Shown in pieces: positions 57,969 to 64,000 of a DNA stretch of 64,000 nucleotides. The translations under genes were made by a program, and so were the position numbers. Where the stretch lies: the NCBI RefSeq assembly GCF_002087085.1, contig NZ_MWQY01000014.1:1-64000 (forward strand). Reading direction: 5' to 3'. The notes beneath the pieces were generated by a model. That model was not told the DNA's origin. It was given only the letters and a program-made list of their open reading frames with translations, and searched no databases. The stretch's first letter is position 1; every line of letters begins with the position of its first letter.

Positions 57969-58601
57969 TTATCCTTCCTGGTCCCGTTTCATCATCGTTT
58001 TCACAGCCCTGGCTACATCTCCCGGATTCTGGGTCTCCCCAAGTATATCCACCTCAGACTCCCTTCCTCCGGACGAAGGTTCCTCGTCGGATTCGGAACC
58101 CCAGCCGGAATCGAAGGAATCGCTGAAGGCGTCCAGACTGGGAAGACCATCTAGCTCTTCAACCGAATCTACCGCTTCCTCGCCTTCGTCATCGGAAACA
58201 GAACCATCAGGTTCCGATGAAGTGGAAGCCTGAATTTCCTCAACAAAACCGTCACCTTCGGAAAAGAGATCACCAGCTCCGGAGGCAGTATCGAATTTTC
58301 TCCCGGTCTCATCATCCTCGAGGGTAATATCAACGCTTCCACCCGGGCTTTTCTCAGGCTCATCCTCAGTGCCTGCATCCTGGTCCACCGATTTTTTATT
58401 CTCAGGGATAAGCTCCGGAAACAATGTTCTTCCCAGGAGAGCTACCCCCATTCCCAGGCCGGCAAAAACAAGCCCGGACAGGAAGGCCCTGACAATAATA
58501 CTCAGAAAGCCAACCCCGCTTATAAGTCCGATTAAAAACGATGCAATAAACGCGAAACCGGCAGGGCCGGCCGCAAACAGCCAGGACACCACTTTATGCA
58601 C
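57969..58601 (-). CDS. Conserved spirochete membrane protein (2 TM plus acidic tail)
   Basis: Lies between flhG and fliA; LFPEL motif. Confidence 0.75.
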   Translation of the reverse strand: MHKVVSWLFAAGPAGFAFIASFLIGLISGVGFLSIIVRAFLSGLVFAGLGMGVALLGRTLFPELIPENKKSVDQDAGTEDEPEKSPGGSVDITLEDDETGRKFDTASGAGDLFSEGDGFVEEIQASTSSEPDGSVSDDEGEEAVDSVEELDGLPSLDAFSDSFDSGWGSESDEEPSSGGRESEVDILGETQNPGDVARAVKTMMKRDQEG

Positions 58602-58616
58602 ACCTACCCTTATTAC

Positions 58617-58645
58617 AGATTATGGGAAATGACTCCGGCAGTCAA
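58617..58645 (-). promoter_or_regulatory. Possible internal sigma70 promoter for the fliA sub-operon
   Basis: TTGACT-N17-TAATCT in the 60-bp gap after flhG. Confidence 0.45.
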
Positions 58646-58661
58646 GGTTTCCTTTTTTCGC

Positions 58662-59522
58662 CTAGTCTTTGCCCAGAAGCTTCCGGATAAAATTTCCAAT
58701 ACCGCTCCCCTCACGGTACTCAACCTTCTCAAGACGTCCGACAATATGCTTGACGCAGATAGCGGCTTTGCTGTTTGGGTCCACCACCATAAAAGGTTTC
58801 TGCTTCAATACGGAAGAACTGACCACCGGGTCGTCATATACATACCCGAGATAATCAACCTTCAGATTCAGAAACTGACCTGCTATGCTGATTACCCGCT
58901 CAGAAACCTTTTTGCCCTCAGTAACCGACTTGACCCGGTTGACAATCAACTTGAGTCCCAGGTTCATGTTGTCTATTTCCGTAGCGATTATCTTGATAAT
59001 ACCATAGGCATCGGTGATGGCGGTGGGCTCGGGAGTTGTTACGATAAGGGCCTCATCCGCGGCGGCAATAAAATCCAGTACATTGTGAGACACTCCGGCG
59101 CTCGTATCTATGACGATTACATCCGCCTCCGAGAGCCCCGAAAGTTCTTCAATAAAGTGCTCCCGTTCCTCATCAGAAAGATTGGCGATCTTGGAAAATC
59201 CGGAAGCCCCCGCGATTATCTGAATACCATAGTTGGTATCCAGAAGGATTTCCTGCAGGTTCTTCTGCTTTCGAATCAAATGGTAGAGATTATATTTCGG
59301 GATAATTCCCAGTACCACATTGACATTCGCCAGTCCGAGGTCGGCATCCATTACGATGACCTTTTTCCCCAGCCGGGCATAGGCAAGGGCAATATTTATG
59401 GACAGATTCGTTTTGCCGACCCCACCCTTTCCGCTCGCCACGGCGATTATCCGGGTTTTCTGATTCCCGGCACCGTTTTTCGAACGCATGATTTCCCGCA
59501 GCTGTTCCGCTTGATCCGTCAT
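58662..59522 (-). CDS. flhG: FlhG/FleN MinD-like ATPase
   Basis: DQAEQLR, SGKGGVGKT, DADLGLAN, PEPTAITDAY. Confidence 0.95.
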   Translation of the reverse strand: MTDQAEQLREIMRSKNGAGNQKTRIIAVASGKGGVGKTNLSINIALAYARLGKKVIVMDADLGLANVNVVLGIIPKYNLYHLIRKQKNLQEILLDTNYGIQIIAGASGFSKIANLSDEEREHFIEELSGLSEADVIVIDTSAGVSHNVLDFIAAADEALIVTTPEPTAITDAYGIIKIIATEIDNMNLGLKLIVNRVKSVTEGKKVSERVISIAGQFLNLKVDYLGYVYDDPVVSSSVLKQKPFMVVDPNSKAAICVKHIVGRLEKVEYREGSGIGNFIRKLLGKD

Positions 59523-60730
59523 TCCCATACTCCGTTCTTGACATATTCAGCCCCCGACGGGGTACCACTTGCCCGTCCTTCCCTGGGACGTAAACTCATT
59601 TTAGCAGATTTAAAACCATCGAGATTCATCAACAGCCGGGGTACGGATGCTTCATGTATGTCCTGAGGTACAGATTGTCCGTCGGTAAGAAAAGCAACCG
59701 GTTTGTTGTGCTCGGTGATGACACTGATAACATTTCCAATGCGCTGGGTCTCATCAAGCTTTGTCAGAATTATAGCCTGGTACCCGAAGGGTTCAAAGGT
59801 TTTGAAAAGATCCTTTATGTCAGAAATCTTGGTGGTGGAACTCAAGGTAAGAAAGACTTCGGCATCGTGACCACAGGCATCCAGCATCTCCCGCATCTCG
59901 GCGAGTTTCATATAGTCCCTGGGACTCTTTCCTATGGTATCGATAAGTATCAGGTCCGCTCCCTCGTACAGGGCCAGGGTCTTCTTCAGGTCCTGAAAAC
60001 TCTCGACACCGCTTACCGGAATATTCATGATGCTCCCGTAGGTGTCGATCTGCTGTTTGGCACCTATACGGTAATTGTCGATGGTTATCATGCGGACATC
60101 CACAGGCTTCCCGCCCTTGTGTCCCAGTCCATAGATGGCGGCGAGTTTCGCGATTGTCGTCGTTTTTCCCACCCCGGTGGGACCAACCAGAATCATAATT
60201 TTCGGAGTTACCCTGGGCTCGTATATTTTGATCTTCTCACCGATCCACTGAAACACCGAGGACTCCACAATATCCTGACGGTCCAGATCTTCCAGGGACA
60301 TCTCACGACGCAATCGGTTACTCATTTCACGGATAAACCCGGCGCTGAACTCATTTTCCTCGAGGAGCTGTTCCATCGCCACAATCGAGGGATGAAGCTC
60401 CTCCTGTTTCTGGGGTTCATGGGTATCCAGACGTTCCTGTATGGCGTTAACTGCTTTGAGAACCTGCTGCAGGGTTCCGTCGCTGCTTCCCTTGACGCTT
60501 TCCAGAATCTTTTTTCGTTCCTCTTCCGGATCAAGCATCTTCCTCGGCGGCTTGGGTGCTTCCTTTGCAATATATCCCGTTACCTCTATGCCCTCCCGGG
60601 CGAACATTCCCAGGAAACCGCCCACACGTACACTTCGCTGGGTAAGCACACGGGCTCTTTCGCCATAACGGTCCCGTATTTTTTGCAGTACTTCACGGTG
60701 CGAAGCCGCCCGCTCAGTAAAATACTCCAT
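59519..60730 (-). CDS. flhF: Flagellar SRP-type GTPase FlhF
   Basis: GPTGVGKTTTIAKLAA, DTIG, TKLDE, GQSVPQD. Confidence 0.95.
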   Translation of the reverse strand: MEYFTERAASHREVLQKIRDRYGERARVLTQRSVRVGGFLGMFAREGIEVTGYIAKEAPKPPRKMLDPEEERKKILESVKGSSDGTLQQVLKAVNAIQERLDTHEPQKQEELHPSIVAMEQLLEENEFSAGFIREMSNRLRREMSLEDLDRQDIVESSVFQWIGEKIKIYEPRVTPKIMILVGPTGVGKTTTIAKLAAIYGLGHKGGKPVDVRMITIDNYRIGAKQQIDTYGSIMNIPVSGVESFQDLKKTLALYEGADLILIDTIGKSPRDYMKLAEMREMLDACGHDAEVFLTLSSTTKISDIKDLFKTFEPFGYQAIILTKLDETQRIGNVISVITEHNKPVAFLTDGQSVPQDIHEASVPRLLMNLDGFKSAKMSLRPREGRASGTPSGAEYVKNGVWE

Positions 60731-60804
60731 GCCTGCTCCTTATATTCGGTCGCCTGTCCGGTCGCCATCGGACCTGTCTCTTCCGGCGCCGGCGTATCTC
60801 AAAA

Positions 60805-62904
60805 TCAGGCGCTTTCGCGCTCATCCAGGCTTATTTCTCCCAGAGGTTCAATGTTTATGTCCGTCGGTATCTCCGGAACCGACAGGACCGCTACTTCCGG
60901 CAGATCCCGCAGAAGACTTGCCCGGACCAGGGGCCGGGCAGCTTCGGAACAGAGGATCAGGGGAACATAGCCCTGACGCTGTACGCTGTGAACGGCATTC
61001 GCGACAGCGTTAATCCAGCGACGATAGAGCCCCGGTTCCAGCGCTGCCGTGACTCCTGATGCCGTTTCCGTTCTCGAATCGATAATCTCCCCTTCCATCT
61101 CAGGATTTATCGTCAGCACGTGCAGAATCTTGTTGCCATCACTGAACTGCAGGCAGATCTGCCGTCCCAGAATCTGCCGCGCCTTTTCTGTCAGGAAGGT
61201 CGTATCCTTCGATACCGGGGCATAATCCGCCAGGGCCTCGAGAATGGGTACCATATTCCGTATGGAAACGTGTTCAGCCAGCAGGGATTGCAGGACCTTT
61301 TGAATCTCTCCCAGGGAGAGGACCTTGGTAACCTCATCCACAACGGCCGAGTAATCGCGCTTGAGCTCATCCAGGATCTTCCGCATCTCCTGACGTCCCA
61401 GCATCTCCCAGGCATGGGATTTGATGATTTCCGTCAGATGCGTTGCGATTATCGAAGGACTGTCCACGACAGTATAGCCGGCACGCTCCGCCTTGTCCCG
61501 CAAGTCCTCGGTTATCCAGAGGGCGGGAAGTCCGAAAGCCGGATCCCTGGTGGATTCTCCCTGCAGCTCCGTCTCAACGCCTCCGGGATTGATGGCAAGG
61601 AACTGCCCCGTCCGTATCGTTCCCCGGCCGACCTCGACACCCTTTATCTTTATGCAGTATTCAGAGGGTTCGAGGCGCATGTTGTCGATAATCCGTATCC
61701 GCGGAACCGCCAGACCCAGTTCCAGGGCGGTCTCGCGGCGGATGCGGGTGATTCTATCCAGCAGCTCCGCCCCCTGGTCCCTGTCGACCAGGGGTATAAG
61801 TCCGTATCCGAGTTCCAGCGAAAGGGGATCCACCGGAACGACGGGAGCGAACTCCGTCGGTCCTTCGGGTGCCCGCTCCTTCTCCGCCGCCTCTTCCGCC
61901 TGTTCCCGGAAGCGGACCTCCTTACGGGTAAGCCGGAAAGCCACGATCCCGGTAAGTATCCCCAGGGGTATCATGATGTACCAGGGGAAGCCCGGCAGGA
62001 GTCCCAGAAGGATTAAAGCAACAGCGGCGATCCAGTATACCCTGGACTGCTGAGAGAACTGCTTTGATACATCCGAGCCGAAAGTACCGTCTGATATTGC
62101 TCGGGTAACGATAAGACCGGTGGCGACGGAGACCAGCAGGGCCGGGAACTGGGTTACCAGTCCGTCGCCGACAGTCAGGGAAACATAGTTGTTCAGGGCT
62201 GCCGCAAAGGGTTCCCCGTGGATCGACATGCCCACGATCAGTCCGCCGATCATGTTTATCAGTGTAATGAGAATTCCGACTTTGACGTTACCCGAGACAA
62301 ACTTCGTCGAACCGTCCATGGCCCCGTAAAAGTCAACTTCCCGCTGCAGGTCGTTCTTCTTTTTCTGGGCCTCCTCCTCCGTCAGGGAACCGGAATTGTA
62401 CTCCGCTTCAATTGCCATCTGTTTTCCCGGCAGGGAATCAAGGGTAAAACGGGCGGCGACTTCCGCGACCCTGGTTGCACCCTTGGTAATTACAATGAAC
62501 TGGACCGCGATTATTATGATGAATATGATAAGCCCGATAACAAGACCCTCGGAACCGGAAGTTCCGACGACAAAGGTCGCAAAGGCCCTGACTATTCGTC
62601 CGTCAAAATTGATTCCCTGGGAAAGAATCAAGCGGGTGGAAGAAATATTCAAGCCGAGACCGAACACGGTGGTTATAAGCAGTAAAGTCGGGAACACCGA
62701 AAAATCCAGTGCCCTGTGGGTATACAGAACAATGAGGATAACCACAAGGCTGAGCATCAGGTTCAATGCCATGAGAAGGTCAAGAATGAATGTGGGCAGG
62801 GGAATGATCAGCATCATTACAAAGAACAGAACACCCACGGCTACAAAAACATCACTGCGATTATTCAGAAAAGAGGTGGAGAGTATTTTCTGTACATCCG
62901 ACAT
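60805..62904 (-). CDS. flhA: Flagellar export protein FlhA
   Basis: RVAEVAARFTLDSLPGKQMAI, FYGAMDG, LELGYGLIPLVD. Confidence 0.98.
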   Translation of the reverse strand: MSDVQKILSTSFLNNRSDVFVAVGVLFFVMMLIIPLPTFILDLLMALNLMLSLVVILIVLYTHRALDFSVFPTLLLITTVFGLGLNISSTRLILSQGINFDGRIVRAFATFVVGTSGSEGLVIGLIIFIIIIAVQFIVITKGATRVAEVAARFTLDSLPGKQMAIEAEYNSGSLTEEEAQKKKNDLQREVDFYGAMDGSTKFVSGNVKVGILITLINMIGGLIVGMSIHGEPFAAALNNYVSLTVGDGLVTQFPALLVSVATGLIVTRAISDGTFGSDVSKQFSQQSRVYWIAAVALILLGLLPGFPWYIMIPLGILTGIVAFRLTRKEVRFREQAEEAAEKERAPEGPTEFAPVVPVDPLSLELGYGLIPLVDRDQGAELLDRITRIRRETALELGLAVPRIRIIDNMRLEPSEYCIKIKGVEVGRGTIRTGQFLAINPGGVETELQGESTRDPAFGLPALWITEDLRDKAERAGYTVVDSPSIIATHLTEIIKSHAWEMLGRQEMRKILDELKRDYSAVVDEVTKVLSLGEIQKVLQSLLAEHVSIRNMVPILEALADYAPVSKDTTFLTEKARQILGRQICLQFSDGNKILHVLTINPEMEGEIIDSRTETASGVTAALEPGLYRRWINAVANAVHSVQRQGYVPLILCSEAARPLVRASLLRDLPEVAVLSVPEIPTDINIEPLGEISLDERESA

Positions 62905-64000
62905 CAGCCTACCTCCCTTTCACGCCCGGCCATGCCGTAAACCTGGGCAAGGATAATGGCGGTTACTTCGTAATATGTTTCGGGAATCTCATCCCCTATT
63001 TCCACCTCGGCGTACAGGGCCCGGGCGAGAGGTTTATTTTCGATTACCGGAACACTGTTCTCCCGGGCAATCTCCCTTATTCTCAGGGCCATGTTGTCCT
63101 GCCCCTTGGCGCTGACCGTGGGGGCGGACATGGTTTCCCGCTTCCACTGCAGTGCTATGGCAAAGTGCGTCGGGTTAGTAATGACCACATCCGCCTCGGG
63201 TACCGCACGCATCATATTCTGGGAGAGAATCTGCTGCATCCGTTCCCTCAGCCTGCTCTTTATTAGGGGATCTCCCTCGGTCATCTTCCGTTCTTCCTTC
63301 AACTCCTGCTTGCTCATTTTCAGGGATTCCCGGTGCTGATGACGCTGGAACATGTAATCGGGAAACGAGAGTGCAAGCATCAGCAGTGCAGCCTCTATAA
63401 GAATCTTGAGAGCTGCAAGGGCTATTGCCTGCAGGGACATGAAGAAGGGGACATCCACGAAGCGTACAATCCTGTCCATCTCCATTCGTATATTGATATA
63501 GGCGACAAGACCGATGGCAATGACTTTGAAGAAAGTCTTCCCCAGGTTGAAAAGAGCTTCCGTGGAAAAGAAGGATCTCTGCAGGAATTTCCCCAGGTTC
63601 GGAACAATCTTGTTCATATCAGGGGTAATGGTCTTTGTGGTAAACAGAAAGCCCACCTGCAGAAGGTTCGCCATTATGGCGGAAACGAAGGCGATTCCAA
63701 AAACCGGCAGGGTAAGACGGGCGGAATACCGGACAAAAACGGGGAAGATTCCATTATCGCCCACTATATTCGTTTCCACCGACACCGTAAAAAAGTATTG
63801 AATCATCTCGAGCATTGTTTTCAGCGTATAGGATCCCAGAAGTGCGATGGCGAGAATGGGAAAAAGCAGGACTATGGCTGCGGAGAATTCGGAGGATTTG
63901 GCGACCTTGCCCTCTTCCCGGGCTTTTCGAATCTTATGCTCCGTCGGGTCCTCGGTTCTTCCTTCATCCTCCGCGGCAAACCAGTTTAAAGGAATCTCCC
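62904..64000 (-). CDS. flhB: Flagellar export protein FlhB (5' end beyond the window)
   Basis: Frame open to the window edge (TEDPTEHKIRKAREEGKVAKS); NPTH autocleavage motif. Confidence 0.96.
   Translation of the reverse strand, partial: EIPLNWFAAEDEGRTEDPTEHKIRKAREEGKVAKSSEFSAAIVLLFPILAIALLGSYTLKTMLEMIQYFFTVSVETNIVGDNGIFPVFVRYSARLTLPVFGIAFVSAIMANLLQVGFLFTTKTITPDMNKIVPNLGKFLQRSFFSTEALFNLGKTFFKVIAIGLVAYINIRMEMDRIVRFVDVPFFMSLQAIALAALKILIEAALLMLALSFPDYMFQRHQHRESLKMSKQELKEERKMTEGDPLIKSRLRERMQQILSQNMMRAVPEADVVITNPTHFAIALQWKRETMSAPTVSAKGQDNMALRIREIARENSVPVIENKPLARALYAEVEIGDEIPETYYEVTAIILAQVYGMAGREREVG

Noticed and set aside
60731..60804. Short repeats (GGCGACCG twice) and a sigma28-like -10 between flhA and flhF
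   Set aside because: No matching -35 and the repeats are too short to exceed chance
59654..60970. Long antisense ORFs (also 22991-24094, 25034-25927, 32677-33714, 50962-51864, 55708-56568, 61120-62016)
   Set aside because: Each lies opposite a well-supported gene, has no recognisable motif and is explained by codon bias

Overview
A 64-kb core-genome segment of a spirochete, judged from the flaA/flaB genes, PlzA and the Treponema-like gene order; probably a free-living Spirochaetaceae member. It is dominated by periplasmic-flagellum genes: flaA1 plus a broken flaA2, two flaB, flaG, fliD, flgN-flgK-flgL-fliW-csrA and flhB-flhA-flhF-flhG-fliA-fapA. It also holds housekeeping genes (tRNA-Leu, tatD, fba, infC-rpmI-rplT, zapB/zapA, tsaE/tsaB, trxB, glgA/glgC, mrfA/mrfB-like, nnr, secA, ftsI) and c-di-GMP components. 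Most notable: (1) a tightly coupled four-gene tail on the fliA-fapA run encoding a degenerate Hsp70, a J-domain/HEAT protein, an orphan CheA-like kinase and a hybrid sensor kinase, a candidate undescribed chaperone-linked signalling module; (2) flaA2 split by a frameshifting internal deletion; (3) a 149-bp MITE with perfect 16-bp TIRs and a 4-bp target duplication; (4) a CTG-initiated tsaE, several apparently leaderless genes, CsrA hairpins in the flaB leaders, a C10 tract upstream of flaB1, and a missed 42-aa ORF. No CRISPR array, rRNA, prophage or transposase was seen. All family calls come from motif recognition by eye, not database searches.
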